NCBI GenBank assembly: GCA_963666365.2
Contig: CAXXNF010000002.1
Span: 1,280,001-1,344,000, forward strand
Reading direction: 5' to 3'
Length of the DNA stretch: 64,000 bases
From: Syntrophales bacterium
GTDB lineage: Bacteria; Desulfobacterota; Syntrophia; Syntrophales; UBA2210
In this document: positions 10,980-21,150 of the stretch, piece by piece
Layout: every line of letters begins with the position of its first letter
How positions within the stretch are numbered: the stretch's first letter is position 1
Made by a program: the position numbers and the translations under genes
The notes under the pieces: model-generated
Databases searched by the model: none
What the model saw: only the letters and a program-made list of their open reading frames with translations
Told to the model about the DNA's origin: nothing

Positions 10980-11765
10980 ATGAAGGCGAAGGAACCATTT
11001 TTCTGGGTCAACCTATCCTGCGGCATCATGATTATGGTTTTCATTCTCCTGCCGCTTGTGGAGATGTTGACGGCACCTTCATTTTCGATGATCAGAGACA
11101 CGATACAAGACAAAGAAGTGCTTCGGTCAATCTGGCTGAGCATCTATACTGCCGGATTGGCCGCACTCTTTGCTTTTATTTTCGGCACCCCCCTCGCCTA
11201 TATACTTGCCCGCACTGACTTTTCCGGAAAACGACTGATCGAAAGTATCGTCGATCTTCCGATTGTCATCCCCCACCCGGTGGTAGGCATTGCAATCCTC
11301 AGTGTGGCAGGGAAAAATCACTGGATAGGGCAACTGTTCAGCGAGTTCGGCATTCGGATTATGGGAAGCGTTACCGGCATCGTGACCGTCTTGACCTTTG
11401 TAGGACTTCCCTTCTATATCAATGCCGTAAAAAACGGTTTTGAAAGCATCTCGCCCCGTTTGGAAAATGTATCAAGAAGTCTGGGCGCATCCATGGTTTC
11501 AACCTTTTTCAGAATCACCTTCCCGCTTGCCCGGCGTAGCATGCTTATCGGCATCATCATGTGCAGCGCCCGTGCAATCAGTGAATTCGGCGCCGTTGTA
11601 GTTGTCGCCTACCACCCCATGATCGCCCCCGTATTAATTTACGAACGTTTCGAGGGGTACGGTCTCAGATATTCGCAACCTGTTGCGGTATGGCTGGTGT
11701 CTGTCTGTCTTGTCCTCTTCCTTGTTCTGCGAATCCTTACGCTGAGAACGGGAAAATCGTCATGA
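10980..11765 (+). CDS. wtpB: Tungstate/molybdate ABC permease WtpB
   Basis: DLPIVIPHPVVGIA, EAA-like LENVSRSLGAS, ARAISEFGA. Confidence 0.88.
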   Translation: MKAKEPFFWVNLSCGIMIMVFILLPLVEMLTAPSFSMIRDTIQDKEVLRSIWLSIYTAGLAALFAFIFGTPLAYILARTDFSGKRLIESIVDLPIVIPHPVVGIAILSVAGKNHWIGQLFSEFGIRIMGSVTGIVTVLTFVGLPFYINAVKNGFESISPRLENVSRSLGASMVSTFFRITFPLARRSMLIGIIMCSARAISEFGAVVVVAYHPMIAPVLIYERFEGYGLRYSQPVAVWLVSVCLVLFLVLRILTLRTGKSS

Positions 11766-12799
11766 TAAGGACAGAAGATGTGTACATCCGCCTTGGCGAT
11801 TTCAGACTCCGTGATATCAACATCGCCATAGACAAAAATGAATTTTTTGTACTCATGGGTCCTACGGGTGCGGGGAAAACCGTCCTGCTGGAAGCCATTG
11901 CCGGCCTCATATCCGTTCAGAAGGGCACCATATCAATCGGGGGAAAAAAGGTAAATAGACTCCCCCCGGAGAAAAGAGGAGTGGGAATAGTATACCAGGA
12001 TTACTCCCTCTTTCCTCACATGACCGTGAAAGAAAATATCAGCTACGGTCTTCGTTACCACAAGATTAAAAAAGCCCGTGCCAGTGAGCGATTTGAGCGC
12101 CTGGTAAAGGAATTGAATCTCCATCACCTCCTTGACCGGCTCCCTACAAACTTGAGCGGGGGTGAAAACCAGCGTGTGTCTCTGGCAAGAGCCCTGATGA
12201 TCGAACCTCTGGTCCTGCTTCTGGACGAACCCCTGTCCGCCCTCGATCCCCGTTTCAGGGAAGAGATACGGGAAAGCCTTAAAACCCTTCACAAAAATTC
12301 GGAAACCACATTTTTGATGGTCACTCATGATTTTGCCGAGGCCCTTTCACTCGCCGACAGGGCCTCGGTAATGAACGACGGATGTATAGAACAAACAGGG
12401 ACAGTGGAAGAAATATTCCGCAAACCGGTATCAACCTTTGTGGCGGATTTCGTCGGAATGAAGAATTTTTTCGCCGTCGCCTTTACCGGAAAAAAGGCGC
12501 GTATCAACGGTCTTGAGATTGATACGGGGGAACCGCCTCCGGGCGACTGCTCGTATATCGCCATACGTCCGGAAGATATCGTCCTTTCGAAGGAGAAACT
12601 GCATTCCAGTATGAGAAATTCTTTCGGCGGTGTTGTCACCGGCCTCATCGACCGGGGCCTTTACTATGAAGTGTGGATCGAATCGGGAGGAACATCCTTT
12701 AAAGCAACGGTGACAAAGCGCTCCCTGGTCGAGCTCGGTCTTCAGGAAGGAATCAATATTCACTTTTCATTCAAGTCGACGGCACTGCATTTTTTTTAG
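11762..12799 (+). CDS. wtpC: Tungstate/molybdate ABC ATPase WtpC with TOBE domain
   Basis: GPTGAGKT, LSGGE, LLLDEP, C-terminal SSMRN...FKSTALH TOBE; ATGA overlap at 11762. Confidence 0.9.
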   Translation: MIRTEDVYIRLGDFRLRDINIAIDKNEFFVLMGPTGAGKTVLLEAIAGLISVQKGTISIGGKKVNRLPPEKRGVGIVYQDYSLFPHMTVKENISYGLRYHKIKKARASERFERLVKELNLHHLLDRLPTNLSGGENQRVSLARALMIEPLVLLLDEPLSALDPRFREEIRESLKTLHKNSETTFLMVTHDFAEALSLADRASVMNDGCIEQTGTVEEIFRKPVSTFVADFVGMKNFFAVAFTGKKARINGLEIDTGEPPPGDCSYIAIRPEDIVLSKEKLHSSMRNSFGGVVTGLIDRGLYYEVWIESGGTSFKATVTKRSLVELGLQEGINIHFSFKSTALHFF

Positions 12800-12915
12800 A
12801 ATATGCCAGACGATATTCGATTCCCATATTCCTCCTTGCATTAAATCCAGATGTGAAATAGGCTGCGCTTTTCAGCCTGTCTTTCACTGAATTATAAAAG
12901 GAGATTGAGTCTGTA

Positions 12916-13788
12916 ATGAGCTGGGTGGAAATCGACAGAAACACTTGTAATTCATGCGGCATATGCGTCACCAGATGCCCCCGCTGTTTTTCAAAAAACG
13001 GCAACGAAATCGTTGTGGATGCCGGTGAAGGTACCTGCAATCTTTGCGGACACTGTGTCTCCCTGTGTCCGAAAGATGCTATTATCCATTATGAAATGAA
13101 TATGGATAATTTTATTCCCGTCAACAGTGCGATGTCTTTTGATACTTCTGACTTCATACAGTTTATAAGGGAGCGACGGAGTCACCGTCACTTCAAAAAC
13201 AAAAACATTCCCCGAGCTGATCTTGAAAGGCTCATCGATATCTGCCGCTACGCCCCCACAGGAAGCAATATACAAACTGTCGAAATTCTGGTCATTCAGA
13301 ATCAGGAACGCATTACCACACTGTCCGATCTGACGGTGGATTTTTTCAAGGACATGCTTGAGAAGGTTGAAGAAGAAGTCGCTCGCCTCCAGTCGGAAGG
13401 CAAAGACATTCCCGACGATCTTCAATTGATCTATTCAATGGTTGAATACAGGAAGCGGCTGGTGATCGCGCGGGATTCCGGGCTTGATCCTATCTTTTAC
13501 CGTGCGCCCGCCGTGATCATCTTCCATTCACCGGCTCTTACCAGTACCCCAAAAGACAATTGCGTCATTACCGCCCATACCATGGCCCTCACCGCAAGAA
13601 CCATGGGGCTGGAAAGTTGCTATATCGGTCTTTTCGAAGGCGCTTTTTGGGGATCTCACGCGATACGAGAGAGACTGAATTTACCCGCCGGCCACAATGT
13701 CTACAGTGTGCTGATTCTGGGATACCCTCATTTTAAATTTCGCACTGTCATTGACAGAAAAGGAATCCGGACACGGTGGGAAGAATAA
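12916..13788 (+). CDS. Nitroreductase with N-terminal 2x[4Fe-4S] ferredoxin domain
   Basis: CNSCGICVTRCP and CNLCGHCVSLCP; RRSHRHF, APTGSNIQ, GLESCYIG. Confidence 0.92.
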   Translation: MSWVEIDRNTCNSCGICVTRCPRCFSKNGNEIVVDAGEGTCNLCGHCVSLCPKDAIIHYEMNMDNFIPVNSAMSFDTSDFIQFIRERRSHRHFKNKNIPRADLERLIDICRYAPTGSNIQTVEILVIQNQERITTLSDLTVDFFKDMLEKVEEEVARLQSEGKDIPDDLQLIYSMVEYRKRLVIARDSGLDPIFYRAPAVIIFHSPALTSTPKDNCVITAHTMALTARTMGLESCYIGLFEGAFWGSHAIRERLNLPAGHNVYSVLILGYPHFKFRTVIDRKGIRTRWEE

Positions 13789-13833
13789 GATCCTAAAAGG
13801 CACTACAGGCACAGTGTCCCGCCGAATCGGGAA

Positions 13834-14211
13834 TCACTCTTCACCCTTTGAACGGCTGTTTTGCATGAGGCGGTGCATCTCTATAAAATCGTTGAGACGC
13901 TCCGCCTGACGTTTCATATATTCGACCCACTGTCCAAGCATCTCTTCCCCATCCGGAGTCAATCGATACATACGCTTTGCCGGCCCGGTTCCATCGGTAT
14001 CCCAGTCGGACGCTACGAACCCGTCCTCCTCAAGCTGCCGCAGATGCCGATAAATCATACCCGGCGGCGCCGATCCCTCCAGAAATCCAAACCGATGGAT
14101 CGTGCGTATTACCTCATACCCATAGGTGGGGCCTCCATAGAGACTCATTAAAATGGATGGTTGAACGTACCGTTCCTGTTTTCCTCTTGATGAGCGTCCG
14201 CTTTTTGACAT
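13834..14211 (-). CDS. PadR-family transcriptional regulator
   Basis: YGYEV, IYRHLRQLEEDG, W...GPAKRMYRLT..G; start placed at ATG 14211 after an AAGGAAG RBS. Confidence 0.9.
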   Translation of the reverse strand: MSKSGRSSRGKQERYVQPSILMSLYGGPTYGYEVIRTIHRFGFLEGSAPPGMIYRHLRQLEEDGFVASDWDTDGTGPAKRMYRLTPDGEEMLGQWVEYMKRQAERLNDFIEMHRLMQNSRSKGEE

Positions 14212-14228
14212 ATTCACCAACTTCCTTA

Positions 14229-14257
14229 TTGACATATATCCTCGAAGGATATATGTT
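14229..14257 (+). promoter_or_regulatory. Sigma70-like promoter overlapped by a perfect 11-bp inverted repeat (probable PadR operator)
   Basis: TTGACA(14229)-17 bp-TATGTT(14252); ACATATATCCT-cga-AGGATATATGT at 14232-14256. Confidence 0.75.
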
Positions 14258-14309
14258 TTATGAAACACATTATCCAGCATAATGTAAGAAGTCTTACGGA
14301 GGAACTATC

Positions 14310-14513
14310 ATGACAGCAAAAATATTTGTCCGAGAACGACACAAAGTCAATAAAGGCGAAAAAAAACCGAGGTTTCGTCTTTGCGGCGTCAGTGATCTCG
14401 ATCTTACATTTTATGCGCTTCATCTGCGCAAGCAGGAACTGGAGCAGATCGCCGCGGCGACAGGCGCCGAATTAGTCTACCTGAAAGCGGAAAAAAAAGC
14501 GGCCTCCGAGTGA
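14310..14513 (+). CDS. Small hypothetical protein (67 aa)
   Basis: GGAGG RBS, own promoter, protein-like sequence KIFVRERHK...KPRFR...GAELVYL. Confidence 0.7.
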   Translation: MTAKIFVRERHKVNKGEKKPRFRLCGVSDLDLTFYALHLRKQELEQIAAATGAELVYLKAEKKAASE

Positions 14514-14527
14514 CATGCCGGCTGTTG

Positions 14528-15385
14528 TTAGTCTCTGTAGATAATGGTTCCCACCGCTTCTCCCTCAAGCGCCCGGAGGATATCTTCGGGCTGATTAAGG
14601 GCATCGATAACCTGCAGTCTGGTGATGTTTTTCGCCCTCTCCAGCAACCGCACGACATCGCGTTCAATAATAAGGTCATCCAGATCCAGTTCACGCAATT
14701 CCCGCGCTGATATATGCTTATAATACTTAAGTTTATTTCTCTTTCGTGGGGTCGCCTTTTTCGGATCGCATTCATAGAGTCCCTTTTCATCTTTCAGATA
14801 AATGAGGGAGCGGGCGCCGATATTCTCCGCCAGAAGGAAGGCGCCGCTGTCGGTCCGATGAGGTGGGATCGACCCGTATTCGGCTGGATGTTCAAAGTAT
14901 CCGTAGGGAGGAACCCCGTAAGTAATGGGAAGAAATCCGAGTTGGCAAAACATCGTCAACTGTTCGAGGTTGTCCCCCTGTCCTATCTTTACACCGCCAT
15001 GCTTTGCCAAAAGAACCGATATCATTTCCGCATTTTGCCAGGAAACCTTGTCGGCAAGCTTCGAGAGCACACCCGGCGGCATTCCCAAATCAACGCCGAT
15101 ACTGAAGACATGCCGCGTTCTGGTCCCTCCCCCGGTCATAAGAATCATTTTGTGCGTTTCCTTTGCGCGAATAAGCACGTCGAGAATAGGAAAGAGGGCT
15201 TCCTTTCCCCGGTCGATAATGCTCTGGCCTCCTATCTTGAGCACATTGATATCGGGGTGCATCCGGAAATATTTCTGCTTTTCTGTTGTACGTAAAAACT
15301 CCCTGCTTACAAGAGACTCCCCCATCAATGGCGATTCGATATGGAGCCTCCCTTTGGGTGTTTTCTCTTTTTTAATTTCATTCAT
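14528..15385 (-). CDS. Molybdenum storage protein (MosA/MosB)-like, amino-acid-kinase fold
   Basis: KIGGQSIIDRG, TGGGTRTRHVFSIGVDLGMP, IPPHRTDSGAFLLAE, KDEKGLY, ALEGEAVGTII; start at ATG 15385 after GAGGA. Confidence 0.85.
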   Translation of the reverse strand: MNEIKKEKTPKGRLHIESPLMGESLVSREFLRTTEKQKYFRMHPDINVLKIGGQSIIDRGKEALFPILDVLIRAKETHKMILMTGGGTRTRHVFSIGVDLGMPPGVLSKLADKVSWQNAEMISVLLAKHGGVKIGQGDNLEQLTMFCQLGFLPITYGVPPYGYFEHPAEYGSIPPHRTDSGAFLLAENIGARSLIYLKDEKGLYECDPKKATPRKRNKLKYYKHISARELRELDLDDLIIERDVVRLLERAKNITRLQVIDALNQPEDILRALEGEAVGTIIYRD

Positions 15386-15494
15386 GAATAGTATCCTCAC
15401 GAGCCGGTACTATCCATACCACGATACCGGCAAGTAATAATATGAATGTATTTCTTCGGTTTCCCCTTTACTGCACAGCTCCCGTGGGATCCTC

Positions 15495-16226
15495 CTACGC
15501 CTGAATATCCTCTTCACGGGCCCGTTCAATCGTTTTTTTATTTTCAAGAAGCCTTTCGATATCTGTCTGAGGATCACTCATTTTCGCTTTCACAATCAGG
15601 GCAATCCCCTCGCCCACGATAGGCGGCGCCTGCCCTATCTTGTAGCGAATGGTCATGCGCATCAACGTTTCTCCCTTCTCCACTTCTGTTATCTTCAAAG
15701 ACACGCTCTCAATCACGGTCGTAAGCCGTCCCGCGCCCGCAATACCCAGCGAACCGTTCCGACCGGCAGTCACGTGACCGGTCACGATCACTTCCGCACC
15801 CAGAGATCTGGCGGCATGAAGTGCGGTCGCCTGATCGATCTCTTCAATTTTAAGACTCTTTGCCCGCGCAATATCTTCAGAGTCATATACATGATAACCG
15901 CATCTCACCAGCTCCATGGCCAGATTGTCTGCAACTACGGCACCGGGATCTCCGATTCTCCCATAGGGTCTGACCCTGCTTTCCTTGCCCATGAAAATGG
16001 CAAATCGCGTGATCGGGCCGAGTGACTCCTTCGTCAGCCCCTCTCTTACTGCAATCGAGACCTCTGAATTTTCTATTGACTGATATACCAGTGAACCCAC
16101 GTTGAAAGCCGTTGCCGGCAGACTGATCAATGACAACGTTCCAGTGCATCCATATAGCACCAATAGTATCGGGATGAATCCAATGGCGGCTTTCTTTCTA
16201 TAGAGGTACAGATGCAGCATTTTCAC
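15495..16226 (-). CDS. Hypothetical lipoprotein
   Basis: Lipobox-like LLVLYGC after a basic N-terminus; AARSLGAEVIVTGHV resembles CsgG/TolB_N-type folds. Confidence 0.6.
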   Translation of the reverse strand: MKMLHLYLYRKKAAIGFIPILLVLYGCTGTLSLISLPATAFNVGSLVYQSIENSEVSIAVREGLTKESLGPITRFAIFMGKESRVRPYGRIGDPGAVVADNLAMELVRCGYHVYDSEDIARAKSLKIEEIDQATALHAARSLGAEVIVTGHVTAGRNGSLGIAGAGRLTTVIESVSLKITEVEKGETLMRMTIRYKIGQAPPIVGEGIALIVKAKMSDPQTDIERLLENKKTIERAREEDIQA

Positions 16227-16376
16227 TTTTCCTGTTGCACTGCCTTTCCCGCAAAAAACGTGCTCAGCACAGCACTACCACACAGGCAAAGCGCATCTCC
16301 TTGCCTGTGTGTTCTATACTGCGGGAATTTTTCACAAACGCGCAAACTTGCAGACCGCGCTACCTCGATTATTGCT

Positions 16377-17087
16377 TCATTGATTTTGAGGAATTTCCAA
16401 AAATGAAGGAAGTGCCGGTCGATGGTTCATATCGGTCATCATAGGATACCGGAACCCCATTTTATGCGTGCTCTCCAAACCATTCATCACTGCATCGATT
16501 TTTTCTTTCGGTATAGCGAAAATAACCTCATGATCCTGGGTAGACCCGTAGACTCGATCCCCTCCGGAAGGAAGAATAAACTGACATTCTCCGCTCTTTA
16601 CCGCATACCCGACGACATCGACGCAATCCCCAAGCCCGGTCGCCTGTGCGTCTACCTTCAGCCCCGCGCCCATCACCGCGGCATGGCCGAGCCGCATTGC
16701 CTGGGCGGAATTCACATACATCACCAGCAAATCCGGTTCGAAATCCGCTCGAGCGAGCGGCGAAATCAAAAGATGGCTGTAAATTCCGGGCTCGTGCCGT
16801 TTTTCTTCCGGAAAGGGCAGGCCCTGCGGCGCCTTATCGATAAACCCCATCGCCAGCCCTCCTCCCAGGCAACACTGGTCTTCCTTTCCTACCGCCAACG
16901 TCCACCCGTATCTCCGCACCATGCCGATTGCCTGGCATACCGCAACCTGGTGTCCCAGATCTTTCATGGGCCTCTTCACTTTTCCCGAAAGCTCCTTTTC
17001 CGACCGGCACAACTTCAGTGCCACCGGAAAGGTCTGCGGCCGCAAGTAGGTTTGAAGGATATCCTCTGCTTTTTTCAGATCCGCCAT
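16377..17087 (-). CDS. DUF169 family protein
   Basis: PVALKL, VCQAIGMVRRYG, CCLGG, PSGGDRVYG. Confidence 0.85.
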   Translation of the reverse strand: MADLKKAEDILQTYLRPQTFPVALKLCRSEKELSGKVKRPMKDLGHQVAVCQAIGMVRRYGWTLAVGKEDQCCLGGGLAMGFIDKAPQGLPFPEEKRHEPGIYSHLLISPLARADFEPDLLVMYVNSAQAMRLGHAAVMGAGLKVDAQATGLGDCVDVVGYAVKSGECQFILPSGGDRVYGSTQDHEVIFAIPKEKIDAVMNGLESTHKMGFRYPMMTDMNHRPALPSFLEIPQNQ

Positions 17088-17114
17088 AGTTCCATCCTCC
17101 CTTTTTTACTGTCG

Positions 17115-17903
17115 TTATCGCCCCTTAAAGGCGGGGCGCCGTTTCTCCAGAAAGGCGCCGATGCCTTCCTTTGCATCAGCGGTTTTGGCCATGTCGGCGA
17201 TACTGCGTGCTTCCCGCTCCATCTGGCTTTCGAATGTTTCGGAAAAGCTTTCGTTAAGCAGTTTTTTTACTGATCCCAGAGAAAGCGTCGGTCCGGAGGC
17301 AAGGACCGCGGCCAGCTTTTCCGCTTCGTCCAGAAGATCCTGACCGGCCACAACCCTGTTGACGAGACCCCACGCAAGCGCCTCAGAGGCCGTGAGCCTC
17401 CTGTTTGTGAGCATCATCTCCTTCGCCCTCGCCAGACCGATCATTCGCGGGAGCAGGTAGGTCATTCCTCCGTCAGGCGCGAGAGCCGCCCCTGTATAGG
17501 CAGTGGTAAAGGTGGCCGATTCAGCAGCCAGGATAAGATCGCCGCAGAGGGCAAAACTCATCCCCATGCCGGCGGCGGCGCCGTTCACCGCTGTTATCAG
17601 CGGTGCGTTCATTCTTGCAAAACGGGACGCAGCGGCATGGCAGTACACCGTCATTTCCTTGAGGGCCCTGTTCAGGTTCGGCCCGTATTCGGCAAATCCT
17701 TTGAGATCGCCTCCGGCACTGAACATCTTTCCCCTGCCCGTCAAAATGACGGCTCTGATATCGGGATTTTCATCACATTCGATGGCCGCATGCATCAGGT
17801 CCTTTCCCATGGGAATATTCAGACCGTTTGCGGCCTCGGGCCGATTAAGGGTAATGCGGGCAATACCGTCCCGTACCTCAACGTCGATGGTGCTGTAATC
17901 CAT
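17115..17903 (-). CDS. Enoyl-CoA hydratase/isomerase (crotonase family)
   Basis: ITLNRPE, FSAGGDL, AVNGAAAGMG, PDGG, EGIGAFLEKRRP. Confidence 0.93.
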   Translation of the reverse strand: MDYSTIDVEVRDGIARITLNRPEAANGLNIPMGKDLMHAAIECDENPDIRAVILTGRGKMFSAGGDLKGFAEYGPNLNRALKEMTVYCHAAASRFARMNAPLITAVNGAAAGMGMSFALCGDLILAAESATFTTAYTGAALAPDGGMTYLLPRMIGLARAKEMMLTNRRLTASEALAWGLVNRVVAGQDLLDEAEKLAAVLASGPTLSLGSVKKLLNESFSETFESQMEREARSIADMAKTADAKEGIGAFLEKRRPAFKGR

Positions 17904-17986
17904 GGCAGACTACCCCTTTTCGGATTGCACGGTCACGAACGCACCTTCTCAGCAAACGCCGCCCGCGACTATGTTCGATTACAGGC

Positions 17987-19036
17987 TCAGGCCTTCAGCG
18001 TGTTCAGTTTATCCAGGGTCTCTTCAGCTTCCGTGATTATCCTGTCGATCAGCTCCTTGGCAGTGGGAACGTCGTCGATGCCCCCGCAGCACTGGCCGGC
18101 GAAAAGAATCCCGCCTTCAATATCCCCCTCGGTAAGCGCCTTCATATGCTTCATATTCCCCACTGCCTGACGGGCAAGCACCATAAGCGGATGACCTTCC
18201 TCGGCACGAACCATCTCCAGGCTCAGCTTCGCAAATTTGGCGTAGGACAAATTGAAAAGCTTTTTTACCAAAAGGGCGCCCTTGATCGAATCCACCACGG
18301 GGAATCCACGCTTCGTCATCGCCTCGGCTTCCTTCGTCTTCAGCACCCGCCCATCCATGCCGTCGAATACGTTGTCATAGACCGTGTCCTGCTCGGTAGC
18401 TTTGATGCAAAGCTGTTTGAAGTTATCGTGCACCATGCTTTCCTGAACCACCATAAACCGGCTTCCCATCGATATCCCATCCGCTCCCAGCGACAGCGCC
18501 GCCGCCAGTCCCCGGCCGTCGTAAAATCCGCCCGCTGCAATCAACGGGACGTCTACCATCTTCGCTACCAGGGGAATCAGTACCATCGATGTGGCCGCCG
18601 CACCGTGGGCCGCCGCCTCGTGACCCGTCACGATCAGGGCATCACAACCAAGCTGCACCGCCCGTGACGCATGTTTTGCAATGGCAATCGTACCCACTAC
18701 CTTGCCGCCGTAGGCATGCACCTCATTCACAAACCAGGGCTTTCCCAGAGAATAATTGATAAAAGGAACCTTTTCCTCTATGGCGATCTCGATGTTCTCC
18801 TTTGCACCGGGACCCACCAGAATCTGGTTTATTCCGAAGGGCTTGTCCGTCATGTCTCGTATCTGCCTGATTGTGTCACGGGTCTCCTGGGGCGTGCACC
18901 GGGCCGTCGCCAGTATTCCCAGACACCCGGCGTTGCAGACCGCCGCAACCAGTTTCGGCTCCGTAATCCAGTTCATTCCCGCCAGCATTATCGGGTGCTC
19001 TATCCCAAACATCTCCGTCATTCTTGTCTTAAACAT
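17987..19036 (-). CDS. Nitronate monooxygenase / FabK-like flavin oxidoreductase
   Basis: PIMLAGM, GHEAAAHG, IAAGGFYDGRGLAAALSLGADG. Confidence 0.88.
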   Translation of the reverse strand: MFKTRMTEMFGIEHPIMLAGMNWITEPKLVAAVCNAGCLGILATARCTPQETRDTIRQIRDMTDKPFGINQILVGPGAKENIEIAIEEKVPFINYSLGKPWFVNEVHAYGGKVVGTIAIAKHASRAVQLGCDALIVTGHEAAAHGAAATSMVLIPLVAKMVDVPLIAAGGFYDGRGLAAALSLGADGISMGSRFMVVQESMVHDNFKQLCIKATEQDTVYDNVFDGMDGRVLKTKEAEAMTKRGFPVVDSIKGALLVKKLFNLSYAKFAKLSLEMVRAEEGHPLMVLARQAVGNMKHMKALTEGDIEGGILFAGQCCGGIDDVPTAKELIDRIITEAEETLDKLNTLKA

Positions 19037-19169
19037 CTTTCGCTCCTTTTATTTCATATAAATTGAAACATCCTTACCGCATGGCACGGGGGAAGTTTCT
19101 TTGATTCAGGTTAATATTACAGGCCTTATTTCAACCGGCACACACTCGCCGGCAGAATGGCCTTCAGGG

Positions 19170-21107
19170 TTACAGTTCCCAGGCTGCCCTGGCGCCTTCC
19201 TCGGTGGCTTCAATAATGCGCCGCGCACCTGCCGCGTCACCGACCACTCTATAGGGTATCGCCGCCTGTTCCAGCGCCGCCTTCAGATCGTCCCTCGGTC
19301 GAAGACCTACCGCGACGACTACCTGATCTATCGGGGAAAGCGTGGCCTTCTCTCCCGCCGTTTCGATATCTACGGCCCCTTCTCTTATGGAGTTCACCGA
19401 GGTGCTGAAAAGCAGCTGTGCCTTTTTATCGCGCAGCCTCCTGTGCAGCATGTATCCGTGAGAGGTAATCTTCTGGACCGGAGAATGCTTCAATATCTCC
19501 ACAAGCGTCACTGCACTCCCATTTTCACTGAGGAAATCCGCCGTCTCCATTCCGATGAGCCCGCCTCCGATTACAAGCACATCCTTCCCGGGCCTGACCG
19601 TACCGTCCAGTACCTGCCAGGCGTCACAGACCTGCGACCCCTTGATGCCGGGGACGTCAAGGGGTATCTTTTCTCCTCCCGCGGCAAGAATAACGGCATC
19701 CGGGTTCCCTTCACCTATCATCGATTCCGTCACCTCTGTTTTGATCTTTATGATCACCCCTGCCTTCTTCACCTGATCAATGAGCCAATCGATCCACAGG
19801 CCGTAGACCTCCTTGTGAGGCGGAATGCGGGCATACTGAATCTGCCCCCCCAGCTCTTCATTTTTCTCGAAGAGGGTGACTTCGTGACCCAACCGGGCGG
19901 CCTCAAAGGCCGCCGTCAATCCGCCGGGGCCTCCGCCGATCACCCACACATTTTTGAGATTCTGCGCAGGTCCTTCAGGACATATCGTTTCCTGTCCCGT
20001 CTCGGGATTGATGGCACAGCGGATGTTCCCCTCTCCCAGAATCAGCCGCTCGATGCACCCCTGATTACAGGCGAGACAGATGCGTATGTCGCCGGACCGC
20101 CCTTCCTTTGCCTTGGTCAGAAAGTCCGGGTCTGCCAGAAACTGACGCCCGAAGGCGACCATGTCGGCATCGCCGCGGGCAATCACTTCATCGGCCTGGG
20201 CAGGATTATTGAACCGTCCCACTGCAATGACCGGCACATCAACCACATCCTTGACTTTTCTCGCGAGTCCGGCATTGAATCCCGGTGCATACTCGATGGG
20301 GGCGCTCGTAATCCCCCCGGGGCTTCCGTGTGTCCCAAAGGAGGCATGCACAATATCGACGCCGGCGGCAACGAAGTCGGGCAGAATCGCCTGCATGTCA
20401 TCGGCCGTATATCCGCCCTTGATGAACTCTTCCGTCGAAATCCTTATTGATACGGGAAAATCCGGACCCACTTGTGTTCGGACTTCTTTAATCACGTCGA
20501 TAACGAAGCGCGACCGGTCTTTCAGGGTTGCACCCCCGAATTCATCCGTCCTTGCATTTGAAAGGGCAGAAAGGAATTGTGTCAAGAGATATCCATGGGC
20601 GCCATGGATTTCCACGGCGTCGAATCCCGCTTCCCTTGCTCTTCGCGCTGCGGACCCGAAGGCTGCAATAATATCGTGTATATCGTCAAGGGTCATTTCC
20701 TTAGGAGGTATCCTGTAGATGAGACTGGGCAGCGCCGACGGACCCATGGCACGACCCTGACTGAGCATATGCAGACTCTCTCTGCCTGCGTGATGAATCT
20801 GCATGGCGATCCTGCACCCCGCCTCATGGGCGACACGGGCGAACACAGCAAGTCCGGAAATGTAGCGATCATCATAGGCTGCCAGCTGAGTATTGATCGC
20901 CATGCCGTCGGGATGCACGCCGACGATCTCAGTGATAATCAGCCCCGGCCCCCCTCTGGCCCGTCGCTTTAAATAGGCAATATTTGCCTCGCTCACCGTG
21001 CCGTCCGCATTTCCCAGATTTGTTCCCATGGGAGGCATTACGATGCGGTTCGGTATTTCAAGGCCCCGCACCATTATTGGAGACAGTACATTACGTAATT
21101 CATCCAT
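19170..21107 (-). CDS. NADH:flavin oxidoreductase (OYE + 4Fe-4S + FAD; FadH/BaiH-like)
   Basis: NRIVMPPM, EIHGAHGYLL, CLACNQGC...CAIN, GGGPGG, GGGLIG. Confidence 0.92.
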   Translation of the reverse strand: MDELRNVLSPIMVRGLEIPNRIVMPPMGTNLGNADGTVSEANIAYLKRRARGGPGLIITEIVGVHPDGMAINTQLAAYDDRYISGLAVFARVAHEAGCRIAMQIHHAGRESLHMLSQGRAMGPSALPSLIYRIPPKEMTLDDIHDIIAAFGSAARRAREAGFDAVEIHGAHGYLLTQFLSALSNARTDEFGGATLKDRSRFVIDVIKEVRTQVGPDFPVSIRISTEEFIKGGYTADDMQAILPDFVAAGVDIVHASFGTHGSPGGITSAPIEYAPGFNAGLARKVKDVVDVPVIAVGRFNNPAQADEVIARGDADMVAFGRQFLADPDFLTKAKEGRSGDIRICLACNQGCIERLILGEGNIRCAINPETGQETICPEGPAQNLKNVWVIGGGPGGLTAAFEAARLGHEVTLFEKNEELGGQIQYARIPPHKEVYGLWIDWLIDQVKKAGVIIKIKTEVTESMIGEGNPDAVILAAGGEKIPLDVPGIKGSQVCDAWQVLDGTVRPGKDVLVIGGGLIGMETADFLSENGSAVTLVEILKHSPVQKITSHGYMLHRRLRDKKAQLLFSTSVNSIREGAVDIETAGEKATLSPIDQVVVAVGLRPRDDLKAALEQAAIPYRVVGDAAGARRIIEATEEGARAAWEL

Positions 21108-21150
21108 CTGTAACTCCTTTCATCAGCTCCTTGAACCCCTTTATAGTTCG

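Noticed and set aside
14232..14256. Palindrome as a ModE box
   Set aside because: TATAT half-sites are 10 bp apart rather than about 7, and the adjacent PadR is the simpler owner.
19101..20450. 449-aa plus-strand ORF
   Set aside because: Antisense shadow of the well-supported OYE gene; no motifs.
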